Positions 28,188 through 37,707 are shown, counted from the first letter of the stretch. The stretch is 64,000 nucleotides of DNA from Candidatus Pseudolachnospira avium (GCA_904420025.1 CAJFTW010000054.1:761-64760); one strand, 5' to 3'. The notes: generated by a model not told the origin, from the sequence alone. Numbers and translations are program-made.

Positions 28188-29363
28188 ATGACTAATCTTT
28201 TGGTAAAATGGTTTGTAAAGGATTACAAAAATGTGGAGGACAGCCGGGTGCGCACGGCTTACGGCGTGCTGTCCAGCCTGACAGGGATTGTCTGCAATCT
28301 GATTCTGTTTGTGGTAAAGCTGGCGGTGGGGGCGGTGCTCCGTAGTATTTCCGTTGTATCGGATGCGTTCAACAATCTGTCCGATGCCGCTTCCTCCATC
28401 ATCAGCTTTGTGGGGGTAAAACTGGCGGAAAAGCCGGCGGACAAAGAGCATCCCTTTGGCCATGGCCGCATTGAGTACATTGCGGCGCTGATTGTATCCT
28501 TCCTGATTCTGGAGGTGGGCTGGACCTTCCTGAAAAGCTCGGTGGACAAAATCCGGAACCCGGAGGAGCTGAGTTTTAATCTGGTATCCGTCTGTATCCT
28601 GTGCCTGTCGGTGGGGCTGAAGCTGTGGCTGGCCTTCTTCAACCGAAAGCTGGGAAAGCGCATTGACTCCTCGGTGATGAAGGCTACGGCGGCGGATTCC
28701 CTGGGAGATGTGCTGGCCACCGGCGCTACCATTGTCTCCGTGCTGATCTATGGGCTGGCCCATGTAAACATCGATGGATATATTGGCCTGCTGGTCTCGG
28801 TGGTGGTGATGTGGGCCGGCTTCAACATTGCCAAGGAGACGCTGGAGCCTCTGATTGGCTCAGCCATCGACCCGGAGGTGTACGACCGGATCACCCGCTT
28901 TGTGGAGAGCTATGAGGGGATCATCGGAAGCCATGACCTGATTGTACACAATTACGGCCCCACCCGGAGCATGGCGTCCATCCACGCGGAAGTTCCCAGC
29001 AATGTGGATGTGATGGAATCCCATGAGCTGATCGACCGGATTGAGCGGGAGGCCAAGGAAAAGCTGGGGCTGTTTCTGGTGATCCACATGGATCCGGTGG
29101 AAACGGACAACCCGGAGGTGATCCGGATCCGGGGGCTGGTGGAGGAGGTATTGTGCCAGCTTGACCCGAACCTGCATTTCCATGACCTGCGGATTGTCCA
29201 GGGGCCCAACCGGATCAATGTGATTTTTGACATCGTGGTCCCCTACAGCCTGTCCGCCAGGGAGACGGCGGAGCTGAAGGAGCATATCCAGCAGCGGGTA
29301 TCGGAGAGGGACAGCCGGTGTAAGTGTGTGATTACGGTGGATAAAGCTTTCGACCGGAGATAG
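28188..29363 (+). CDS. Cation diffusion facilitator, probably Mn2+ (MntE-like) exporter
   Basis: DAFNNLSD (TM2) and DSLGD (TM5) metal site of N-D/D-D type, KPADKEHPFGHGRIEY, ZT_dimer region HDLIVHNYG...IHMDP. Confidence 0.88.
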   Translation: MTNLLVKWFVKDYKNVEDSRVRTAYGVLSSLTGIVCNLILFVVKLAVGAVLRSISVVSDAFNNLSDAASSIISFVGVKLAEKPADKEHPFGHGRIEYIAALIVSFLILEVGWTFLKSSVDKIRNPEELSFNLVSVCILCLSVGLKLWLAFFNRKLGKRIDSSVMKATAADSLGDVLATGATIVSVLIYGLAHVNIDGYIGLLVSVVVMWAGFNIAKETLEPLIGSAIDPEVYDRITRFVESYEGIIGSHDLIVHNYGPTRSMASIHAEVPSNVDVMESHELIDRIEREAKEKLGLFLVIHMDPVETDNPEVIRIRGLVEEVLCQLDPNLHFHDLRIVQGPNRINVIFDIVVPYSLSARETAELKEHIQQRVSERDSRCKCVITVDKAFDRR

Positions 29364-29376
29364 GAGAGGCGAACGG

Positions 29377-29439
29377 GAAGAACCCCGGAGGGAAGAGCTT
29401 TCTGCTTGGCAGGAGGCTTTCCCCTCCGGGGTTCTTCTT
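29377..29439. terminator. Hairpin between convergent CDF and GntR genes
   Basis: GAAGAACCCCGGAGGG...CCCTCCGGGGTTCTTC inverted repeat. Confidence 0.6.
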
Positions 29440-29447
29440 GTTCCACA

Positions 29448-30434
29448 TCAGCCCCGCATTGCCGCGTTTTTCTTCTGATACAGCTCCAGCACCCGGTCCT
29501 CAAAATGCACCAGGGAGCCCTTGTTCAGCTGGTAGTCAAAGGGGATAATCCGCCCTCCGTTTTCCCGGAAGGCTTCGATTAAGGCGGAAGCCTGGGGATA
29601 GTCGGCAGAAGAGTAGGCGGGAGGGACCAGCAGCACGTCCGTGGAGCGGAGCCCACGCTCCATTTCCGGAAGGCACATTTCACCTACAAATGTTTGGAAG
29701 CGCTCCAGGTTGTCGAAGTTTTCCAGTACCTCCTCCATAATATCCAGGAAGGTCTGGCTTCCGCTCCACAGGGCAACCCGGCGGCTGGCGGGAATCTTGA
29801 CAATCTCAATGACGCTGTTCAAATCCAGGTCCAGCATGACCTTTTCCAGGCGGTCCAACTGGGAGGGGATGGCAAAGGCCACCTCATCAAAGTGCTTGGA
29901 GGTGGTGACAACGCAGTCCGCCCCTTCCGTCAGGCCGGGATCCCGGCGAAAATCGGAGAGTACAATGGTCCGGAGGAGGAGCCCTTTCAGGTTGTGCAGC
30001 TGCCGGCGGACAGAGGAAAGGCATTCTTCACAGCAGTCGATCCAGGCCACCTTGACCTGGGCATCTTCATGGAGAAAGTCTTCCAGCACCTGGGAAAAAA
30101 TCTGGCCGCCCTCCAGGGGGGGGAGCCCCATGGCCCGCAGCTGTTCCAGCGCATTCTGAAAAATTTCCCGGGCAGCCTTTCGGGATTCCTCCCGGCTGTA
30201 CTTGGCTACAAAGGAGCCGCTTCCCTGGATGGTCACAATCCGGCCGGTTTTTTGCAGCTCCCGGTAGGCGGTCTTGATAGTGCCGCGGGAGAGGCCTGTC
30301 TCCTCCTCCAGCAGGCGCTCAGTGGGAAGTTTATCCCCGGGCTGCAGGACGCCGGTGCGGATCTGCTCCTCAATCTGGCGGCACAGCTGTTTATAGGCGG
30401 CAATTTTACTGGTCTTATCTATGGAAAATGGCAT
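29448..30434 (-). CDS. GntR-family transcriptional regulator with atypical long C-terminal domain, divergent from hutH
   Basis: YKQLCRQI...GVLQPGDKLPTERLL...SRGTIKTAYRELQKTG...QGSGSFV wHTH. Confidence 0.88.
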   Translation of the reverse strand: MPFSIDKTSKIAAYKQLCRQIEEQIRTGVLQPGDKLPTERLLEEETGLSRGTIKTAYRELQKTGRIVTIQGSGSFVAKYSREESRKAAREIFQNALEQLRAMGLPPLEGGQIFSQVLEDFLHEDAQVKVAWIDCCEECLSSVRRQLHNLKGLLLRTIVLSDFRRDPGLTEGADCVVTTSKHFDEVAFAIPSQLDRLEKVMLDLDLNSVIEIVKIPASRRVALWSGSQTFLDIMEEVLENFDNLERFQTFVGEMCLPEMERGLRSTDVLLVPPAYSSADYPQASALIEAFRENGGRIIPFDYQLNKGSLVHFEDRVLELYQKKNAAMRG

Positions 30435-30564
30435 GGGATTCCTCCTTTGCTTGCAATATTACTTTATCATGATAACACGGTGATGTCAAGCTGAAATAAT
30501 GTACCAAATCGGTAAATAGATATATAATTAAAACAAATGGCATATAAAATAATTACCAATTTTG

Positions 30565-30593
30565 TTGACAATTATATAAACCAATGCTATGAT
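30565..30593 (+). promoter_or_regulatory. sigmaA promoter of hutH
   Basis: TTGACA-N17-TATGAT with extended TG. Confidence 0.7.
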
Positions 30594-30627
30594 GAAGGCG
30601 TCAAAAGGTATTTTGACACCTATGATA
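30591..30627 (+). repeat. 38-bp REP-like hairpin, copy 3 (divergent)
   Basis: GATGAAGGCGTCAAAA-GGTA-TTTTGACACCTATGATA. Confidence 0.7.
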
Positions 30628-30674
30628 AACACAGAAATCTGGATTGCAAAAACTGGCCGTAAGGAGGGGGATGC

Positions 30675-32246
30675 ATGGAAGGGAAAAGCATGGAAGGGAA
30701 AATCATTTGCCCCCGGGAGATCCGGGAAATCTGCCTGACCGGGCAGGGGCTGACGGTGGAGCAGACAGTGGCAGTGGCCCGCTTTGGCGCCCGGGTTTCC
30801 ATTTCAGCGGAATCGGTGGAGCGCATGGAGGAGTCCCGGAAGCTGGCGGAGAAGATTGTGGAGGAGGATTTTCCGGTCTACAGCGTCAATACCGGCTTTG
30901 GGGAATTCAGCAAGGTGCGGATTGACCACGGCAGCATTGACCAGCTGCAGAAAAACCTGATTATGAGCCACAGCTGTGCGGTGGGGCAGCCCTTGAAGGA
31001 AGAAGTAGTGCGGGCCATGCTTCTGCTGCGGGCCAACGCCCTGTGCAATGGCTTTTCCGGTATCCGGCCGGAGGTGGTGCAGCTGCTGGTGGATATGCTG
31101 AATCAGGGTGTGCATCCGGTGGTACCGGAAAAGGGCTCCCTGGGTGCCAGCGGGGACCTGGCGCCGCTGGCCCACATGGTGCTGCCCATGCTGGGCATGG
31201 GGGAGGCGGTCTGGCAGGGACAGCGGATGCCCGGCGGGGCGGCCATGGAGAAAGCGGGCCTGCATCCGGTTTCCCTGAAGGCCAAGGAAGGGCTGGCGCT
31301 GATCAACGGCACCCAGGCCATGACGGCCATTGGCACCCTGGCCTTCTACGATACCCTGCAGGCAGCCCGGCTGGCGGACATTGCCCTCTCTCTTTCCATG
31401 GAAGCCCTGGAGGCGCTGCTCAGTGCCTTTGACCTGCGGGTACATGCGGTCCGGCCGCATCCGGGCCAGGCCCTCACCGCTGCCAATGTGCGTGCCATTA
31501 CCGCCGGCAGCCGGATTTTGGAGGCATCCCAACACCTGCGGGTGCAGGACGCTTATGCCATCCGCTGCGCCGGCCAGGTCCACGGGGCGGTGCGGGATAC
31601 CCTGGACTTTGTGCGCCGGACCATTGAGGTGGAGCTGAATTCGGTGACGGACAACCCCATTCTCTTTACCGAGCAGGGGGATGTGATCTCCGGCGGCAAC
31701 TTCCACGGGGAGCCCATGGCCTTGGCCTTTGACTATCTGGGAATCGCGTGTGCCGAGCTGGCCAATATCTCGGAGCGGCGCCTGGAACGGCTGGTGAACC
31801 CCAATCTGAGCAATGGGCTGCCGGCCTTCCTGGTGCGTAAGGGCGGCCTCCATTCCGGCTTTATGATCTGCCAGTACAGCGCAGCCTCCATGGTTTCCGA
31901 GAACAAGGTGTTGGCCCATCCGGCCAGCGTGGACTCCATCCCCAGCTCAGCCAACCAGGAGGATCATGTGAGCATGGGGACTACGGCGGCCCGAAAGGCA
32001 GCGCAGATTGTGGAGAATACCCTGTCCGTGCTGGCCTTTGAGCTGATGGGAGCGGCCCAGGGCCTGGAGCTCCGGGGCGGGGAGCCCTCGCCGGTGTGCC
32101 GGAAGGTGCAGGAAAAGATCCGGGAGCAGGTGGCCTTTGTGGAGGAGGACCGGGAAATGTGGAAGGATGTGGCGGCCATGAACCGGCTGGTGCGGGACGG
32201 CAGCCTGGTGGAGCTGGTGGCCGGCCTGGTGCCGGGCTTCTTATAA
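30675..32246 (+). CDS. hutH: Histidine ammonia-lyase
   Basis: MIO tripeptide in GASGDLAPLAH; HAL-type LIMSH and NQEDHVSMG; ISGGNFHG. Confidence 0.95.
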   Translation: MEGKSMEGKIICPREIREICLTGQGLTVEQTVAVARFGARVSISAESVERMEESRKLAEKIVEEDFPVYSVNTGFGEFSKVRIDHGSIDQLQKNLIMSHSCAVGQPLKEEVVRAMLLLRANALCNGFSGIRPEVVQLLVDMLNQGVHPVVPEKGSLGASGDLAPLAHMVLPMLGMGEAVWQGQRMPGGAAMEKAGLHPVSLKAKEGLALINGTQAMTAIGTLAFYDTLQAARLADIALSLSMEALEALLSAFDLRVHAVRPHPGQALTAANVRAITAGSRILEASQHLRVQDAYAIRCAGQVHGAVRDTLDFVRRTIEVELNSVTDNPILFTEQGDVISGGNFHGEPMALAFDYLGIACAELANISERRLERLVNPNLSNGLPAFLVRKGGLHSGFMICQYSAASMVSENKVLAHPASVDSIPSSANQEDHVSMGTTAARKAAQIVENTLSVLAFELMGAAQGLELRGGEPSPVCRKVQEKIREQVAFVEEDREMWKDVAAMNRLVRDGSLVELVAGLVPGFL

Positions 32247-32298
32247 ACCTTCATGCCCGCTGCCCCGGACGCCGCGGATTAGGAAAGCCCACGGATTA

Positions 32299-32463
32299 GG
32301 AAAGCCCTTCGGATTGCTCCGTGCTTGCGCACTCCCGCAATCCTACCTGTATTCGCAATCCGGCCTGTCGGCCTACTTGCTCATACAGGTTAGCGTCGCG
32401 AAAGCATAGATGGCCCGGTCTGCAAGCAGCCCGTTCCGCCTATGCTTTGCGACTGGGCTTTCA
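32299..32463 (-). repeat. ~163-bp structured intergenic repeat, copy 3
   Basis: Reverse complement of 9618-9780; its left end lies within a 16-bp tandem duplication CGGATTAGGAAAGCCC (32275-32290 and 32292-32307). Confidence 0.9.
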
Positions 32464-32587
32464 TATTATAATTTATGGTTTGTTTACAAAATCATAAGGG
32501 AATTGTTAAACACAAAAGACGAAAAATATGCTATGATAAAAATGCGATAAGCGAAAGCGATACCTACCTATTATGTTCCTTGACAGG

Positions 32588-32638
32588 ACTACAAGCAAAG
32601 AGAGGGAGCCGTTTTGGTTCTCTCTCTTTGCTTGTAGT
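32588..32638 (+). other. 23-bp hairpin (terminator-like or part of a small RNA)
   Basis: ACTACAAGCAAAGAGAGGGAGCC-GTTTT-GGTTCTCTCTCTTTGCTTGTAGT; two G-U pairs that form only in + strand RNA. Confidence 0.6.
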
Positions 32639-32671
32639 TGCATCCGGCAGGCGCCTGTGCCGGGCTTGTCC

Positions 32672-32700
32672 TTGCCAGAACGCCGGAAAACGTCTATAAT
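32672..32700 (+). promoter_or_regulatory. sigmaA promoter of the sigma54 activator gene
   Basis: TTGCCA-N17-TATAAT. Confidence 0.7.
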
Positions 32701-32708
32701 GGCGGGGA

Positions 32709-32806
32709 AGTACCCTGCGGGTGTAACTGGATGCCGTGAAAGACACGGCAGATGTGAAACACCCTGCGGGTGTAACCGGATGCCGTGAAAGACACGGCAG
32801 CTATGA
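32709..32806 (+). repeat. 49-nt two-hairpin leader unit, 2 tandem copies filling most of the 5' UTR
   Basis: ACACCCTGCGGGTGTAAYYGGATGCCGTGAAAGACACGGCAG.. twice, directly followed by AAGGAGG. Confidence 0.9.
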
Positions 32807-32820
32807 AAGGAGGGGCAGCG

Positions 32821-34653
32821 GTGAAGCACATTGTGGTGATTGCGTACAACATGCGGACAGCGGTGTCCTACGGCAGGCAGATTTCCTCCCTGCTGGGGGA
32901 GGATGTGGTGCAGGTGGACGTCTATGCCCTGGAGCGGGAGCTTCCTGCCTCTATAACGGCGGACGCAGTGCTTCTCTCTGCCCATTTTATCTATTCGTTT
33001 CTGGGAACAAGGCTGCGGGACTGCCGCCACGTGCTGATTGCGGATATTACCCTGCCGCTGAAGGCGCTGGATGCCCTGCGGGCCCTTCCGGCGGGCAGCC
33101 GGGCTATGCTGGTGAACACCACTATGGAGATGGCCATTGAGACCATCAATCAGATCCGGAATGCCGGGATTTACCAGGTGGAGCTGGTGCCGGTCTATCC
33201 GGGGATGGAAGAGATTCCGCCGCTGCCGCTGGCGGTGACACCAGGGGAGCGGGAACTGGTCCCGCCTTCGGTTACCGAGGTGCTGGATCTGCAGGACCGG
33301 GTGCTGTCCGCCCGGACCATCGCGGGATTGGCGGTGCGCTTGGATTTGACCCAGCGCCTGCAGCGCCGGGAGGTGGAGGAATACTTTCAGGGGCTGGTGC
33401 GGACCGATTGGGGTGTGGACGGCCTGCTCAGCCAGGTGTACGAGCAGGAGCGGCGGCTGGACCTGCTCCGGCAGAACCTGGAGGAGCTGGAGCAAAGCCA
33501 GATCCGCCGCCCGGCGGCGCAGAGGGGCCATGTGGCCCGGCACAGCTTTGACGATATTCTAACCCGGAATCCCCGGATGCAGCAGCTGAAGGAGACCGCC
33601 CGCCGCATGGCGGCTTCCAACTCCTCCATTGTCATCTACGGCCGCAGCGGCACCGGCAAGGAGCTGTTTGCCCAGTCCATCCACAACGCTTCCCCTCGGC
33701 GGGAGGCACCGTTCATTGCCATCAACTGCGCCTCCATACCGGAGAACCTGCTGGAAAGCGAGCTGTTCGGCTACAGCGAGGGGGCCTTCACCGGCGCCAA
33801 AAAAGGGGGGAAGCGGGGCTATTTTGAGCTGGCCCACCGGGGAACCTTGTTTCTGGATGAGATCGGGGAGATGGATCTGGGCCTCCAGGCGCGGATCCTG
33901 CGGGTGTTGCAGGAAAAGGAGATTACCCGGGTGGGCGGGGACAGCGTGATCCGGGTGGATGTGCGGATCCTCTCCGCCAGCAACAAGCGGCTGCTGGATC
34001 TGGTGCGCCAGAACCGGTTCCGGGAGGATCTGTACTACCGGCTCAATGTGCTTTCCCTGGAAATCCCGCCGCTGCGGGACCGCCGGGAGGATGTCCCTTT
34101 GCTGCTGCGGCATTTTCAGGAGCAGCTGGGCGCGGTCTTTTCCCTGACGCCAGCAGCCTGGGAGTTTTTGGGCCAATACCCGTGGCCGGGCAATGTCCGG
34201 GAGCTGGGAAACTTTGTGGAGCGGCTTTCCTATCTGGGGAAGCCGGTGCTGGACCGGGAGGATGTGGCGTCCCAGCTGGACGGGCAGCCGGAGGCGGAGA
34301 GCGGGGCGGGCCGCTCCGGGGAGGGAGAGGGCGTCTCAGCTCCTCTGCCGGAGGAGGCTACTGCTTCCGCCCCGCTGCTGGAGCATTTCCTGCTGCAGGA
34401 GAGAGAACGCCGGGAGCTGTATGCGGCCATCCTGTCTCTGCTGCACTATAACCGGGAGAGCGGGGTCCATCAGGGGCGGGGCGGGCTCAGCCGCAGCCTC
34501 CGGGAAAAAGGCGTGATGCTCAGCGAGCAGCAGGTGCGCACGCACCTGCGGGTGCTCAGCCGCTATGGGCTGGTCACCGTGCAGGCCGGCAGGCGGGGGA
34601 CGGAAATCACCGAGCTGGGGCAGCAGGTGTGGAAAAAAATGGTTGAAAAATAG
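32821..34653 (+). CDS. sigma54-dependent enhancer-binding transcriptional activator
   Basis: GRSGTGKE, ESELFGY, GAFTGA, FLDEIGE, REDLYYRL, WPGNVREL; C-terminal winged HTH; GTG start after AAGGAGG. Confidence 0.93.
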   Translation: MKHIVVIAYNMRTAVSYGRQISSLLGEDVVQVDVYALERELPASITADAVLLSAHFIYSFLGTRLRDCRHVLIADITLPLKALDALRALPAGSRAMLVNTTMEMAIETINQIRNAGIYQVELVPVYPGMEEIPPLPLAVTPGERELVPPSVTEVLDLQDRVLSARTIAGLAVRLDLTQRLQRREVEEYFQGLVRTDWGVDGLLSQVYEQERRLDLLRQNLEELEQSQIRRPAAQRGHVARHSFDDILTRNPRMQQLKETARRMAASNSSIVIYGRSGTGKELFAQSIHNASPRREAPFIAINCASIPENLLESELFGYSEGAFTGAKKGGKRGYFELAHRGTLFLDEIGEMDLGLQARILRVLQEKEITRVGGDSVIRVDVRILSASNKRLLDLVRQNRFREDLYYRLNVLSLEIPPLRDRREDVPLLLRHFQEQLGAVFSLTPAAWEFLGQYPWPGNVRELGNFVERLSYLGKPVLDREDVASQLDGQPEAESGAGRSGEGEGVSAPLPEEATASAPLLEHFLLQERERRELYAAILSLLHYNRESGVHQGRGGLSRSLREKGVMLSEQQVRTHLRVLSRYGLVTVQAGRRGTEITELGQQVWKKMVEK

Positions 34654-34810
34654 GTTGAAAAAAACCGGATTTTAAACCAAAATAAAGGCCAGAACAGAAG
34701 CCAAGAAGAACCTGGAAAGCATTTTCATTGGAAAATTTTCCGGGTTTTTTTGCTTTCCACTGCGTTACTATAGTAAAGCGTTCCCGTGAAAATGCGGCGC
34801 AGAGAAAAAA

Positions 34811-34826
34811 TGGCATGAATCTTGCT
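34811..34826 (+). promoter_or_regulatory. sigma54 (-24/-12) promoter
   Basis: TGGCAT-GAATC-TTGCT matches TGGCAY-N5-TTGCW and lies just downstream of an enhancer-binding protein gene. Confidence 0.85.
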
Positions 34827-34875
34827 TGTAATAAATCTGTTCCGAAAAAACAGAATTTTCATGAGAGGAGAGGAT

Positions 34876-35862
34876 ATGGTGCTGTCTTTGGAAGCAGCCC
34901 TGGAGCAGGTAAGCCGCGCCCGGCTGGCGATTCTCCCCACGCCGCTGGAGCCTCTGTCCAACTGGGAGAGGGAGCTGGGGCATCCGGGCATTTACATCAA
35001 GCGGGATGACATGACGGGCCTGGGGCCGGGGGGCAATAAGCTGAGAAGCCTGGAGTTCCTGGCCGGAGAGGCTCTGGAGCAGGGGGCGGACACGCTGATT
35101 GCCGCCGGCCCGCTGCAGTCCAACCTGTGTACCCTGGCGGCAGCCGCCAGTGCCAAGCTGGGGCTGCGGTGCATTTTGGTGCACAACGGGGAAAAGCCGG
35201 AGCGCCTGGAGGGGAACGTGCTGCTGAACCAGCTGTTGGGGGCAGAGTGCCGCTACCTGGGTCCGGTGGACGCCGGCGTCCGGGAACAGGTGGTGGCGGA
35301 GCTGTGCCGGGAGCTTGCCTCTTCCTGCCATCCCTATGTGATCCGCAACGGCGCCACCACTGGCCGGGGCGCCCTGGGGTATGTCCAGGCGGTGCCGGAG
35401 CTGGAGCGCCAGTTCCGGGAACGGGGGATCCGGCAGGCGACCCTCTTTGCGCCGGGGGGAAACGGAGGCGTGGCCACCGGCCTGATCTACGGCAACGCCC
35501 TGCTGGGCTTCCCCTTCCAGGTGGTCATCATCAGCGTGGAGGATGACCGGGAAACGCTGCTTGCGCACATCCGTCAGACGCTGCAGGAAGCGGAGGAGAT
35601 CCTGGGCCTGCCGTTCCCCGGCAGCCTGGAGGAGGCCTGCGTGGTGGATGACACGTTCCGGGGAGAGGGCTGGAGCGTCAACACACCGGCGAGCAGCCGG
35701 ATGGTAGGGGCGTTTGCCCGCCGGGAGGGGATCCTGGTGGAAAATGTGTACAACAGCAAGGTCCTGGTGGGGATGGAGGCGTATATCCGGGACGGCCGGG
35801 TGCCGGGTGCCGCCTGCTATCTGCACACCGGCGGTTTTGGCTCCCTGTTTGCACAGTATTGA
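34876..35862 (+). CDS. PLP-dependent lyase, D-cysteine desulfhydrase / ACC deaminase family
   Basis: LAILPTPLE, YIKRDD, GGNKLRSLEF (PLP lysine), QSN, LHTGG; SD GAGGAG before ATG 34876. Confidence 0.85.
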   Translation: MVLSLEAALEQVSRARLAILPTPLEPLSNWERELGHPGIYIKRDDMTGLGPGGNKLRSLEFLAGEALEQGADTLIAAGPLQSNLCTLAAAASAKLGLRCILVHNGEKPERLEGNVLLNQLLGAECRYLGPVDAGVREQVVAELCRELASSCHPYVIRNGATTGRGALGYVQAVPELERQFRERGIRQATLFAPGGNGGVATGLIYGNALLGFPFQVVIISVEDDRETLLAHIRQTLQEAEEILGLPFPGSLEEACVVDDTFRGEGWSVNTPASSRMVGAFARREGILVENVYNSKVLVGMEAYIRDGRVPGAACYLHTGGFGSLFAQY

Positions 35863-35907
35863 TGGAAAGAGGAGTCCCTGGCCGGACTTCATTTGTGAGA
35901 GGAGGAA

Positions 35908-37398
35908 ATGAAAACGATGAAAGCATTGAAAGCCTTTTTGAAGCTGACGCCGGTGATTCTTCTGGCCGGCCTTCTGCTTGGCGGCGTGGATATTCTGCTG
36001 TCCGCTCCGCTGGCCACGGTATGGGCGGGAATTTTGGCCTTTGTCCTGGACCGGAAGTCCTACAAGGCCATCTATTCTTCGGCTATGGAGAATGCCAAAA
36101 ACCTCATTGACATTCTGTTCCTGCTGATGATTTCCTTTGCCATGGCGGAGGTCTTTATGGCCAGCGGTGTGGGCGCCTCCATTATTGAGGCGGCCATGGC
36201 CATCGGCCTCACCGGAACCACGGTGGCCAGCGCTTCCCTGCTGGTGACGGCTATTCTGTCGGTGGCCACCGGCACCTCCTGGGGCACATTCGCTGCCTGT
36301 GTGCCGGTGTTCCTGTGGCTGTCCCACATTGTGGGCGGTTCCCCGCTGCTGACGGTGGCGGCCATTGCCGGCGGCTGCTGTTTTGGCGACAACATTGGCC
36401 TGATCTCGGATACCACGGTGCTCTCCTCCGGCGTCCATAACGTAGAGGTGGTGGACCGGGTACGGCACCAGGGATCCTGGTCCCTGATCTGCCTGGCCGC
36501 CGGCTTTATTGTATTCCTGGTGGTGTCCGGCGCCATGGGCCTGGGCGGTACCTCCGGCAGCGCCGCGGAGGCCATTGACGCCATCCCGGCGGATGTGTGG
36601 GTGACCCTCAGCGAGGAAAATGCCTCCGCCGTAACTCTGCTGGAGCAGGTGCGAGCCGGTGTCCCCATGTATCTGCTGATTCCCCTGGTGGCTGTGGTGA
36701 TCATGGCCGTGGCTGGGCTGGGCACTGTCATCTGCCTGGGCGCCGGCATTCTGCTGGCCTTCCTGCTGGGCTTGGCGGCAGGAACGCTGGATCTGGCCAC
36801 CTTTGGCGATCTGGTCTACGCCGGCTTCTCGGACGCTGGCTCCTGGACTGTGGCCATGACCCTCTGGACTGCGGCCTTTGGCGGCATTATGTCCAGCATG
36901 AACGCCTTTGACCCCATTGTCCGGGGCGTGTCCGCCATTGTGCGAGGCGTCCGGCAGCTGCTGTTCTGCAATGCCCTGCTGTCCCTGTTCTGCAATGCGG
37001 TGCTGGGCGACTGCACTGGGCAGATTGTGACCATGGGCCCCATTATCAAAGACATGACGGAGCGGGAGGTGGAGGCCACGCCGGAGCAGATGTACAAGCT
37101 GCGGCTGCGCAATTCCACCTACTCCGATGCCTTTGGCACCATCGGCTCCCAGCTGATCCCCTGGCATGGCTATATGATCTACTTTACGGGCCTGGCCGCG
37201 TCGGTGTATCCGCTGTACGAGTTTACACCTATTAAGATCATCTCCGCCAACTACTTCAGTATCATTGCTGTGGTGTCCATGCTGGTGCTGACCATCACCG
37301 GCTGGGACCGGTTCCTGCCGGGCTTCAAGGTGCCCACGGAGAAGGACGGGGTGCATCTGCGGTCCCAAAAGGAGCGGGCTGCCCGGGCGGAGCAGTAA
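35908..37398 (+). CDS. NhaC-family transporter (probable amino-acid carrier)
   Basis: ATGTSWGT, GGCCFGDNIGLISDTTVLSS, LIPWH; multi-TM. Confidence 0.88.
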   Translation: MKTMKALKAFLKLTPVILLAGLLLGGVDILLSAPLATVWAGILAFVLDRKSYKAIYSSAMENAKNLIDILFLLMISFAMAEVFMASGVGASIIEAAMAIGLTGTTVASASLLVTAILSVATGTSWGTFAACVPVFLWLSHIVGGSPLLTVAAIAGGCCFGDNIGLISDTTVLSSGVHNVEVVDRVRHQGSWSLICLAAGFIVFLVVSGAMGLGGTSGSAAEAIDAIPADVWVTLSEENASAVTLLEQVRAGVPMYLLIPLVAVVIMAVAGLGTVICLGAGILLAFLLGLAAGTLDLATFGDLVYAGFSDAGSWTVAMTLWTAAFGGIMSSMNAFDPIVRGVSAIVRGVRQLLFCNALLSLFCNAVLGDCTGQIVTMGPIIKDMTEREVEATPEQMYKLRLRNSTYSDAFGTIGSQLIPWHGYMIYFTGLAASVYPLYEFTPIKIISANYFSIIAVVSMLVLTITGWDRFLPGFKVPTEKDGVHLRSQKERAARAEQ

Positions 37399-37707
37399 GC
37401 TTGGGGGCTGTGGAAACAGGCTTTTGCGGAAGCCGCTGAGACGCTGCCGCCCTGCCGGAATTCCCGGTGGGGCGGCAGCGTCTTTCCCTTTGGTGCGCCT
37501 GCCCGGACCGCTTTTTTTGCCCTTCCATCGCCATTTTTTCCCTGGGCGCGGCGGACACGGGGGTTTTCAAATGAGAGAAATTCGTTTATAATATGCAAGG
37601 GAACGCAAAAGGGAGAGCTTTTGGGCAACAGGAAATTCGCCGTTTGACAATCACAGAGAGGAAAATACGGCGGGGCGGAAGTTGTGCCCGGCCGGAAGGA
37701 GGCAGAG

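Noticed and set aside
28173-28191. ATGCCGGAGGCAGCTATGA before the CDF gene as another copy of the 49-nt unit
   Set aside because: Shares only the GGCAGCTATGA tail; both hairpins are missing.
30673-30702. 15-bp tandem duplication at the hutH start (MEGKS-MEGKI)
   Set aside because: A simple in-frame slippage duplication that only makes the start codon ambiguous.
37560-37707. M-box (ykoK) riboswitch before mgtE
   Set aside because: No recognisable conserved M-box sequence or terminator in the short leader.
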